This document shows, piece by piece, positions 50,568-57,744 of a stretch of DNA of 64,000 nt (the stretch's first letter is position 1; every line of letters begins with the position of its first letter). The notes below the pieces were generated by a model, which saw nothing but the letters and a program-made list of their open reading frames with translations, was not told the DNA's origin and searched no databases. The position numbers and the translations under genes were made by a program. The DNA comes from an uncultured Christensenella sp. (GTDB taxonomy: Bacteria > Bacillota > Clostridia > Christensenellales > UBA1242): NCBI GenBank assembly GCA_949290565.1, contig CASESH010000022.1, forward strand, positions 9 to 64,008, in the 5' to 3' direction.

Positions 50568-50798
50568 ATGAGAAAGATTGATTATAGTTATAAAATTTTA
50601 GAAAAAATGCTTACTTTAAAACCATTTGATAGTAGAGAAGAAGTCTTAGATGTTGCAAAAAAAATGATTGAAATAGCAAAAAAGAAAGGTTGTGATAGTG
50701 AATTAATGGCAGAATATGAAGATGCCTATGATAAATTACAATCTATTGAGACTTTTGATGAGATGAAGAATTTAATTTCAATGTTATCAAATAATTAA
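50568..50798 (+). CDS. hypothetical small acidic protein (76 aa)
   Basis: GGAG RBS. It lies 20 nt downstream of the previous gene and is followed by a strong terminator. Confidence 0.55.
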   Translation: MRKIDYSYKILEKMLTLKPFDSREEVLDVAKKMIEIAKKKGCDSELMAEYEDAYDKLQSIETFDEMKNLISMLSNN

Positions 50799-50805
50799 GA
50801 TAAAT

Positions 50806-50832
50806 AAAAATCCACCATTAAGGTGGATTTTT
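50806..50832 (+). terminator. strong intrinsic terminator closing the T4SS-like block
   Basis: AAAATCCACC (50807-50816) pairs with GGTGGATTTT (50822-50831) across a 5-nt loop. Confidence 0.8.
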
Positions 50833-50876
50833 ATTGTCTAATTGACTGTTTTAATCTATTTTGTTACAATGTTTGT

Positions 50877-51431
50877 ATGATTAAATATAAAAAATGTCCA
50901 AGATGCAACGCTAAAAATGGCTTAAATGATAATAAATGTTTTAATTGTGGGTTAATTTTTGAAAGAATGAAAAAGACAACAAATAGGGCAGGAAAACAGG
51001 CTTTAAGAAAAAAAGAATTTAATAAGGTTGTTTATACTAGTGAACTTCCAAAAGATTTAAACAAATGGAAACTTTTCTTTTTGACACTTTTTTTTGGCCT
51101 TTTTGGGGTACATTACGCATATGTTGGTAGAAAAAAAATTTTTATCTTTACTATAATCAGTCTTTTTTTACTTTTAATTTATTCTTTGTTCATTTATTTT
51201 AATGTTTATCCTGTTTTCTTTGAAACTAATTTGGCTTTAATTATATTTGTAATGCCTTATGTTTTTGTTATGATTTTATATTTTAGTTGTATAGTTCAAA
51301 TATTGACAAATACTTTTAAAGTTCCCGTTTCAATTGATGAAGAATATATTATTGAAAGTTTGGATAAAAATGTTGTTACAAATATTCTAAAAGATGTAAA
51401 AAATAATAAGGATTTAAAAAATGAAAAATAA
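50877..51431 (+). CDS. zinc-ribbon plus TM2-domain membrane protein
   Basis: Start at ATG 50877, because the ORF-track start would run through the terminator. It has CPRC...CFNC and the TM2-like motif [21 protein letters not shown]. Confidence 0.65.
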   Translation: MIKYKKCPRCNAKNGLNDNKCFNCGLIFERMKKTTNRAGKQALRKKEFNKVVYTSELPKDLNKWKLFFLTLFFGLFGVHYAYVGRKKIFIFTIISLFLLLIYSLFIYFNVYPVFFETNLALIIFVMPYVFVMILYFSCIVQILTNTFKVPVSIDEEYIIESLDKNVVTNILKDVKNNKDLKNEK

Positions 51432-52509
51432 AATAAAAGTGGTTGTTGGTATGTCAGGTGGTGTAGATAGTGCTGTAAGTGCTTTACTCCTTAAACAGCA
51501 GGGATATGATGTTATTGGTTTATTTATGAATAATTGGGAAGAAAAAGATGAAAATGGAGTTTGTACTGCTACCGAAGATTATGAAGATGTAAAAAGAGTT
51601 TGTTCTAGTCTTAATATTCCGTATTATTCTGTAAATTTTAGTAAACAATATTATGATAGAGTTTTTACTACTTTTTTAGAAGAATATCAAAAGGGAAGAA
51701 CTCCTAATCCAGATGTCTTATGTAATAGAGAAATTAAGTTTGGACCATTCCTTGAATATGCTGAAATGTTAGGGGCTGATTTTATTGCAACCGGACATTA
51801 TTGTAAGGTTGTGGAAAAAAATGGTTTGTATTATTTAAAAAAAGCAAAAGATAAATCTAAGGACCAAAGTTATTTTTTAAATCAACTAAATCAGTACCAA
51901 CTTTCAAAAGTGATTTTTCCATTAGCAGATATTGAAAAAACTGAGGTTAGAAAAATAGCCTTACAAAATCAACTTGAAAACGCTAAAAAGAAAGATAGTA
52001 CCGGAATTTGTTTTATAGGAGAAAGAAATTTTAAAAAATTTTTACAAAGTTATTTACCTGCAAAAAAAGGAAACATTGTTGATTTAAATGGTAACGTTGT
52101 AGGCACACATGATGGTGTTTTATATTATACCTTAGGTCAAAGACGTGGTCTAAATATTGGTGGTTTAAAAGGTGGAAACGGTAAGAGTTGGTTTGTGCTT
52201 GATAAAGATGTTAAAAATAATTTACTTATTGTAAGTCAAGGCGAAGATGAAAAACTTTTTAGTTCTTCTCTTATTGCAGTTGATTTTAATTGGATTCCTA
52301 ATATTCCAGAACAAAATGAATTTGATTGTTTTGCTAAATTTAGATATAGACAACCCGACCAAGAAGTAAAAGTAAAAATTTTAGACAATGTCGTTCACGT
52401 ATTTTTTAAGGAAAAACAAAGAGCCATAACTCCTGGACAATATGTAGTTTTGTACGATAGTAATGAAAATTGTTTGGGTGGGGGTGTTATAGATAAAGTA
52501 ATTTTTTAA
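51421..52509 (+). CDS. mnmA: tRNA 2-thiouridine(34) synthase
   Basis: PP-loop [27 protein letters not shown] and TGHY motifs. Length 362 aa. Confidence 0.95.
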   Translation: MKNKIKVVVGMSGGVDSAVSALLLKQQGYDVIGLFMNNWEEKDENGVCTATEDYEDVKRVCSSLNIPYYSVNFSKQYYDRVFTTFLEEYQKGRTPNPDVLCNREIKFGPFLEYAEMLGADFIATGHYCKVVEKNGLYYLKKAKDKSKDQSYFLNQLNQYQLSKVIFPLADIEKTEVRKIALQNQLENAKKKDSTGICFIGERNFKKFLQSYLPAKKGNIVDLNGNVVGTHDGVLYYTLGQRRGLNIGGLKGGNGKSWFVLDKDVKNNLLIVSQGEDEKLFSSSLIAVDFNWIPNIPEQNEFDCFAKFRYRQPDQEVKVKILDNVVHVFFKEKQRAITPGQYVVLYDSNENCLGGGVIDKVIF

Positions 52510-52555
52510 ATTAAAAAATTATTACATTTTTTTAAAAAGTAACATAATATGATTT

Positions 52556-53122
52556 ATGTTACAGTTATTAGTTTTTTCAATCTCAATTAGTATAGATGCT
52601 ATTGGTTATTCAATGGGCTTTGGAAGTAGAAATGTTAAATTAAAAAAAATAGAATTTCTATTAATTAACCTACTTAATATCTTAATTTTATCTCTATTTT
52701 TGAATATTACTTCTAAAATAGAATTTTTAGTTAATAGTAAATATCTTGATAAAGTTGGCATTATTTTGCTTGGTGTTTTTGGATTTATTTATATATTATT
52801 GGCATTAAAAAATCAAATAACATTGCTAAAAGTGGGTTCTATTGTAAATAATAATTTTAAATTTCAAAAAATTAATTCTTATCTAAATCTATATGATTTA
52901 TTTCTTTTATTATCAATTTTCATTACAGAAAACATTTTTTGTGTATTCGTGTTTTATTCTAAATTTGATAGTCCAACTTTATTTGTTTTATTAATTTTTA
53001 TTTTTCATTATCTATTTTTTTTAATAGGCTTTAAGATGGGCAATAAAATAGTTAGTAAAATTGATAATAATTCTTCTTTTTTGGCGGGTGTAATTTTTGT
53101 GTTTTTGTCACTTTTTAATTAA
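52556..53122 (+). CDS. YtaF-like sporulation membrane protein / MntP-like (DUF204) family
   Basis: Polytopic, with N-terminal motif SISISIDAIGYSMGFG. Confidence 0.5.
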   Translation: MLQLLVFSISISIDAIGYSMGFGSRNVKLKKIEFLLINLLNILILSLFLNITSKIEFLVNSKYLDKVGIILLGVFGFIYILLALKNQITLLKVGSIVNNNFKFQKINSYLNLYDLFLLLSIFITENIFCVFVFYSKFDSPTLFVLLIFIFHYLFFLIGFKMGNKIVSKIDNNSSFLAGVIFVFLSLFN

Positions 53123-53172
53123 ATATTTTTATACCATTCAAAAACTTGATTTAAATTTCTTTTTATATTAAA

Positions 53173-53856
53173 ATGTTTTATATGCAAGATTATCAATTAG
53201 ATGAAAATGAAAAACTTAGAAAAGTTTTAGCAAATAATTTAATTAAATATAGAAAAGCAAATAATTTGACTCAAATGGAAGTTGCTCAAAAACTTGCTTA
53301 TTCTGATAAAAATATTTCGCGATGGGAAAGGGGAGAACTTGTTCCTGACATTACTAATTTAAAAAAACTTTCACAATTATATAATATTTCAGTAGATGAC
53401 TTTCTAAGTGAAAATAATCAACCTACTAAGTCAACAATGAAAATCAAATATCAAAAAAAGAGATTTTTTACTAGAAAACAATTGCTTATTTCTTTGCTAT
53501 CTATTTCGATAGTTTGGCTTACTGCTTTTATTGCTTTTTTTATTTTAAATATACTTAATCTTAATTCTTTTTTAGCGTGGAAAGTCTTTGTGATTGCTAT
53601 TCCTTTAAGTATGATTGTTTTATTGGTTTTTTCGAGTTTATGGTGCACTAATTTGCTTAATTGTATTGTGGTATCATTTTTAATTTGGTCAGTTGCTCTC
53701 GCATTTTTTATAACTTTTACTTTTGAAAACTCTTGGTTAATTTTTATTTTAGCCATACCTTTACAAGTTATGGATATTCTTTGGTTTGTTTTCCGAAAAG
53801 TAAAAAAGGTTGTGTCAACTTCTTTAAAAGAGGAAAGTAAAGAAAAAGAGTCATAA
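53173..53856 (+). CDS. XRE-family HTH protein with C-terminal multi-TM domain
   Basis: HTH_3 motif (LIKYRKANNLTQMEVAQKLAYSDKNISRWERGELVPD) followed by four hydrophobic helices. Confidence 0.75.
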   Translation: MFYMQDYQLDENEKLRKVLANNLIKYRKANNLTQMEVAQKLAYSDKNISRWERGELVPDITNLKKLSQLYNISVDDFLSENNQPTKSTMKIKYQKKRFFTRKQLLISLLSISIVWLTAFIAFFILNILNLNSFLAWKVFVIAIPLSMIVLLVFSSLWCTNLLNCIVVSFLIWSVALAFFITFTFENSWLIFILAIPLQVMDILWFVFRKVKKVVSTSLKEESKEKES

Positions 53857-53859
53857 ATT

Positions 53860-54456
53860 ATGAATACTATAATTCAAGAAAAATCTTCAAAGACTATTAT
53901 TGAAAAATCTAAATTTATTACATACGTTTTTAAATGCGAGAGTATGGAAAATCAAATAGATATTTTAAAGCGTTTACGTAAGGAACATTCTTCTGCAACT
54001 CACATTTGTTATGCAAGTATTTTTGATGATAATGGATTGAAATATTATTTTGATGATGATGGTGAACCTAGTTCGACTGCTGGACTTCCAATTTTACAAA
54101 CGTTAAGAGAATTTCATATTTTAAATGTTATTTGTGTTGTTGTGAGATATTTTGGTGGAATAAAACTTGGAGCAAATAATTTGGGTAGAGCATACAAAGA
54201 TTGTGCTTATTCTTGTCTAGAAAATAATATTTGTACAATAGAAAGTAGAAACTTATATAAAATAGAGTGTACTTATCCTATTTTTAATCAGTTGAAATTG
54301 TTTTTTTATAAAAATAGTTTAAAGTATGAAAAAATATCTTTTGATAAAAATGTTTGTTTTGAAATTTATTTGAATGAGTTGCATTTATCTTTTATTAAAA
54401 AAAGAAATGTTAATTTATTAGAGTTAAACAAATCAAGATATTTTATAATCGGGTAA
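53860..54456 (+). CDS. YigZ/IMPACT-family protein
   Basis: IEKSKFITYVF, ATHICYA and DDGEPSSTAGLPIL motifs. Confidence 0.8.
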   Translation: MNTIIQEKSSKTIIEKSKFITYVFKCESMENQIDILKRLRKEHSSATHICYASIFDDNGLKYYFDDDGEPSSTAGLPILQTLREFHILNVICVVVRYFGGIKLGANNLGRAYKDCAYSCLENNICTIESRNLYKIECTYPIFNQLKLFFYKNSLKYEKISFDKNVCFEIYLNELHLSFIKKRNVNLLELNKSRYFIIG

Positions 54457-54459
54457 AAA

Positions 54460-55068
54460 ATGAAAATTACAAAAATTGAAGTGCAAAAAAAGAATAAAAA
54501 TCGTGTAAATTTATTCATTGATAATCAATTCTATTGTGGTCTTTCTTTGGAAACCATTTTGAAAAATAGAATTAAAGAAGGTCAAGATATTTCTTTAAGT
54601 CAACTTGAATACCTACAAATAAATACTGAAAGAGAAGTGGCTTTGTCTAAGACAATTTCTTATTTGTCTAAAAGTCAAAAGACAAAAAAAGAAATATATG
54701 ATTATCTAAGAAAAAAAGATTTCGATGAAAAAATAATTAATTATGTTATTCAAAAATTGGAAGAATATAATTTAATTAATGACGAAATTTATGCTCAAAA
54801 TTTTATCAAATATAAAACTAAAACTCAAGGTAGTAGAAAAATTATAAATAATTTAAGGCAAAAAGGTGTAAGCGATACAATTATTCAAAAGTTTATTTTT
54901 GAATTGTCAGATGACTTACATAGTATTGATTTCGTCGCAGAAAAATATTTAAGAAATAAATCTTTGGATTTAAAAACTAAACAAAAAACTTATAGATATT
55001 TACTTTCAAAAGGTTATAAATATGGAGATATTATTGATTGTTTAAATAAATTTTTTAAAGGTGATTAA
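54460..55068 (+). CDS. recX: recombination regulator RecX
   Basis: N-terminus KITKIEVQKKNKNRVNLFIDNQFYCGLS followed by a three-fold helical repeat region. Confidence 0.7.
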   Translation: MKITKIEVQKKNKNRVNLFIDNQFYCGLSLETILKNRIKEGQDISLSQLEYLQINTEREVALSKTISYLSKSQKTKKEIYDYLRKKDFDEKIINYVIQKLEEYNLINDEIYAQNFIKYKTKTQGSRKIINNLRQKGVSDTIIQKFIFELSDDLHSIDFVAEKYLRNKSLDLKTKQKTYRYLLSKGYKYGDIIDCLNKFFKGD

Positions 55069-55070
55069 AA

Positions 55071-55427
55071 ATGCAAGTTGGAATTGATATTGAAACTATT
55101 AGTAGATTTAATAATTTTATTGATGATTTTAATAAATTAAATAAAATTTACACTAAAAATGAACAATGTTATGTTAATCAATTTAGTGATAAATTAACCC
55201 ATCTTGCCGGATTATTTTGTGCCAAAGAGGCAGTTGTTAAGGCTTTAAAAGTTGGATTTGGAAAATTTATTTCTCCTATTGATGTGGAGATTTTACACAA
55301 AGAAGATGGTTCAGTTTTTGTAAATAGAGAAAATACAAAGTTGCTTACTATCTTAAAAAATAGAGATTTAGATGTTAGTATAAGTCACTCTCAAAATATT
55401 GCAACTGCTATTTGTATAGTATTTTGA
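55071..55427 (+). CDS. acpS: holo-[acyl-carrier-protein] synthase
   Basis: GIDIETISRF and FCAKEAVVKAL motifs. Length 118 aa. Confidence 0.9.
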   Translation: MQVGIDIETISRFNNFIDDFNKLNKIYTKNEQCYVNQFSDKLTHLAGLFCAKEAVVKALKVGFGKFISPIDVEILHKEDGSVFVNRENTKLLTILKNRDLDVSISHSQNIATAICIVF

Positions 55428-55429
55428 AT

Positions 55430-55514
55430 TAGGCACTGTGTAAACAAGTCAAAGACTTGTTAAAAATATATATATATTTTTGGATAAATTTTTAATTTAT
55501 CAACACAGTGCCTA
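55430..55514. repeat. 11-bp perfect inverted repeat enclosing an inner hairpin
   Basis: TAGGCACTGTG (55430-55440) and CACAGTGCCTA (55504-55514) are separated by 63 nt. Inside is an 8-bp hairpin, AACAAGTC (55443-55450) / GACTTGTT (55454-55461). The arms are GC-rich relative to their surroundings. Confidence 0.8.
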
Positions 55515-55603
55515 ACTACTAACTACTAACTACTAACTACTAACTACTAACTACTAACTACTAACTACTAACTACTAACTACTAACTACTAACTACTAAC
55601 TAT
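55513..55603. repeat. tandem heptanucleotide array (TAACTAC) x 12 perfect units plus 1 degenerate unit (TAACTAT)
   Basis: Counted directly from 55513 in 7-nt steps. It is non-coding, with stops in all frames on both strands. It begins inside the right arm of the inverted repeat. Confidence 0.95.
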
Positions 55604-55641
55604 TAGGTACGAAAATTTATTTTGTAATGATATTAAATAAA

Positions 55642-55676
55642 AGACTAATAAAATTTCTTATTAGTCTATTATTTTT
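55642..55676 (+). terminator. orphan terminator-like hairpin 1
   Basis: Perfect 10-bp stem AGACTAATAA (55642-55651) / TTATTAGTCT (55658-55667), followed by ATTATTTTT. Confidence 0.5.
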
Positions 55677-55689
55677 GAACTATTAAAGA

Positions 55690-55727
55690 AAGGAACTTAA
55701 CTTTATGTATAAAGTTCCTTTTTTTTC
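55690..55727 (+). terminator. orphan terminator-like hairpin 2
   Basis: Perfect 9-bp stem AAGGAACTT (55690-55698) / AAGTTCCTT (55712-55720), followed by a T-run through 55726. There is no ORF upstream. Confidence 0.6.
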
Positions 55728-55882
55728 TAATGCTACTGCTAGCTTCAAAAGATTTTAATCTTAGTCTTTTTATTTTTGCAATTAGAAATTAGTGAAAAAT
55801 ATTATTTATATTTTTGTAGAAACTAAATATATAAACATAAATAAAAGTGTTTAAATTTAGTTAAAGAGGAAATCATTTTAAT

Positions 55883-56065
55883 ATGGAACAAGAATATTTG
55901 CTTGGAAAGAACAATTATTGTTTGTCTAGTCATACAATGCAAGAGAGGGATAATTTATTTTCTTTAATTCAGTACAAAAATATGATTAAACTAATAAATT
56001 TTGATGAAATACATTATGAAAGAAAAAAAACAATTGATTATAAAAAACTAATTTCTGAGGAGTAA
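55883..56065 (+). CDS. small protein translationally coupled to mazF (candidate non-canonical antitoxin)
   Basis: 60 aa. Its stop lies 1 nt before the mazF ATG. I see no RHH or AbrB-like MazE motif. Confidence 0.45.
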   Translation: MEQEYLLGKNNYCLSSHTMQERDNLFSLIQYKNMIKLINFDEIHYERKKTIDYKKLISEE

Positions 56066-56066
56066 A

Positions 56067-56408
56067 ATGATTAAAAGGGGCGAACTTTATTATGCTGACC
56101 TAAGTCCTGTTATTGGAAGTGAACAGGGTGGAATTAGGCCGGTGCTAGTAATACAAAATGATATAGGAAATAAGTATAGTCCAACGGTAATTGCTGCCGC
56201 AATTACAAGTAAATTAAACAAGGCTAAAATGCCAACTCACATTGAGTTATCAAGTAGGGAATATGGATTAGAAAAAGACTCAGTTATTTTGCTTGAACAA
56301 ATTAGAACAATAGATAAATCTCGATTAAGAGAGAAAATTGGTGAATTGAATGATTTTAAAATGAATCAAGTTAATAAAGCAATGATGATAAGTTTAGGTG
56401 TTATTTAA
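56067..56408 (+). CDS. mazF: MazF/EndoA (PemK-family) mRNA interferase toxin
   Basis: The motif [46 protein letters not shown] is highly similar to Bacillus EndoA/NdoA. Confidence 0.9.
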   Translation: MIKRGELYYADLSPVIGSEQGGIRPVLVIQNDIGNKYSPTVIAAAITSKLNKAKMPTHIELSSREYGLEKDSVILLEQIRTIDKSRLREKIGELNDFKMNQVNKAMMISLGVI

Positions 56409-56460
56409 AAACATCTAAACTTTTCTTCTTTTTTTTATGAATATATGCTAATATGAACAT

Positions 56461-57720
56461 ATGTGTAGAATTATAATTGAAGAATTAAACATAAATGGAG
56501 AAGGAATTAGTTATAAAGACAATAATAAATTTTGTGTCAAGAATGTTCTTATAAACGAAGAAGTTGAAGTTGAAAATTTTAAAGTTAAGCAAAATTTTTT
56601 TCAGTCAAAACTAAAAAAAATCTTAAAACCTTCACAAGACAGGATTAAAGAAAAATGTAAATTCTGTACCATTTGTGGTGGCTGTGATTTTATGTTTGTT
56701 AGATATAAAAAGTCTTTAATGATAAAGAAAGATGTTTTAAAAAAATACTTTGAAAAATTTTTTTGTGGTGAAATAAAAATAAATTATAGTGATAATGAGT
56801 TTTATTATAGGAATAAAGTTGCTTTTAAAGTTGAAAATAATAAGATTGGATTGCAAAAGTATATGTCTAATAAATTAATTGAGATTGATGAGTGTATTGT
56901 TGCAAAACAAGAAATTAATCAAGTTTTAAATGTATTAAGGGAATATTTGAAGCAGTATAACAATGTTGAAATTAATCATGCAGTTATAAGATGTTTAAAT
57001 GGACATATGAGCATTGCAATTGTTTGTAGTAAAAAACCTAGGTTTTTAAATATTTTAGTAGAAAAATTAAAAAACAAATTTAATGATAAGTTTGGTTTAT
57101 ATGTTAACTATAACACAAATAATAAAAAAATATTTTCAGATAAATGGGAATATGTCTATGGGCAAAAAGAATTACAATCAACTTTATTTGGAATAGATTT
57201 TTATGTAAAACCATATTCTTTTATGCAAATAAATGAAAATGTTATGGAGAAAATGTATAAAAGAGTTTTAGGTGAAATCGAGAATGAAATTGTTATTGAA
57301 GGTTATAGTGGGATTGGATTATTAAGTTGTATTTTGTCAAAAAAGGCAAAAAAAGTTTATTCAATAGAATTAAATAATTCTGCAAGTCAAGACGCGGAGA
57401 AGACAAAAAAGTTAAATAAAATAGTTAATTTAGAAAATATAAATGGAGATTGTAATATTTTTTTACCTAAACTAATTCAAAAACATAAAGATGCAACTTT
57501 CATTATTGACCCTCCTAGAAGTGGACTTGGAATAGAAATTTTACAATCTATTTTAAAATCAAGGCCTAAAAAAATAATTTATATTTCTTGTAATCCATAT
57601 ACTTTAAAACAAAATATTGTCTTTTTAAAAGATAGTTACTATATTGATAAATTTGAAATTTTTGACATTTTTCCTCAAACTTTTGAGATTGAAAGTTTTG
57701 TTGTTTTAAAAATTAAATAA
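56461..57720 (+). CDS. 23S rRNA (uracil-C5)-methyltransferase, RumA/RlmD family
   Basis: Fe-S Cys cluster CKFCTICGGCDF, SAM fold (EGYSGIGLLS), DPPRSG and YISCNPYTL motifs. Confidence 0.85.
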   Translation: MCRIIIEELNINGEGISYKDNNKFCVKNVLINEEVEVENFKVKQNFFQSKLKKILKPSQDRIKEKCKFCTICGGCDFMFVRYKKSLMIKKDVLKKYFEKFFCGEIKINYSDNEFYYRNKVAFKVENNKIGLQKYMSNKLIEIDECIVAKQEINQVLNVLREYLKQYNNVEINHAVIRCLNGHMSIAIVCSKKPRFLNILVEKLKNKFNDKFGLYVNYNTNNKKIFSDKWEYVYGQKELQSTLFGIDFYVKPYSFMQINENVMEKMYKRVLGEIENEIVIEGYSGIGLLSCILSKKAKKVYSIELNNSASQDAEKTKKLNKIVNLENINGDCNIFLPKLIQKHKDATFIIDPPRSGLGIEILQSILKSRPKKIIYISCNPYTLKQNIVFLKDSYYIDKFEIFDIFPQTFEIESFVVLKIK

Positions 57721-57744
57721 AAAACTATTTATTTTTATTTAATT

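Larger units (their letters stand above)
28096..50798. mobile_element. putative ICE-derived or domesticated type IV secretion island (giant surface protein plus T4SS-like genes)
   Basis: Contiguous accessory genes lie between the core sporulation genes (spoIIR-sleB-ypeB) and mnmA. The block is bounded by strong terminators at 28046-28086 and 50806-50832. I saw no integrase, relaxase, tRNA or flanking direct repeats. Confidence 0.45.

Noticed and set aside
21020-50876. N-terminal extensions given by the ORF track at 21020, 21778, 23757, 39316, 40636, 42724, 48382 and 50823.
   Set aside because: In each case an internal ATG or GTG has a proper Shine-Dalgarno sequence at the right spacing (21074, 21811, 23781, 39355, 40729, 42736, 48400, 50877). 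The extension would overlap the upstream gene (39316) or run through a terminator hairpin (50823), and otherwise only adds residues upstream of the supported start.
27900-51000. Direct repeats (att sites) flanking the T4SS-like island.
   Set aside because: I could not find any convincing shared sequence of 10 nt or more at the two borders by eye. This needs a computed dot-plot, so it is reported as absence of evidence only.
55430-55514. The CACTGTG/CACAGTG arms resemble the eukaryotic V(D)J RSS heptamer.
   Set aside because: Almost certainly coincidence in a bacterial intergenic inverted repeat. There is no associated nonamer or transposase.
55513-55603. Possible CRISPR array or coding repeat.
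   Set aside because: These are contiguous 7-nt units with no spacers, so it is not CRISPR. All six frames contain stops, so it is not a coding repeat.
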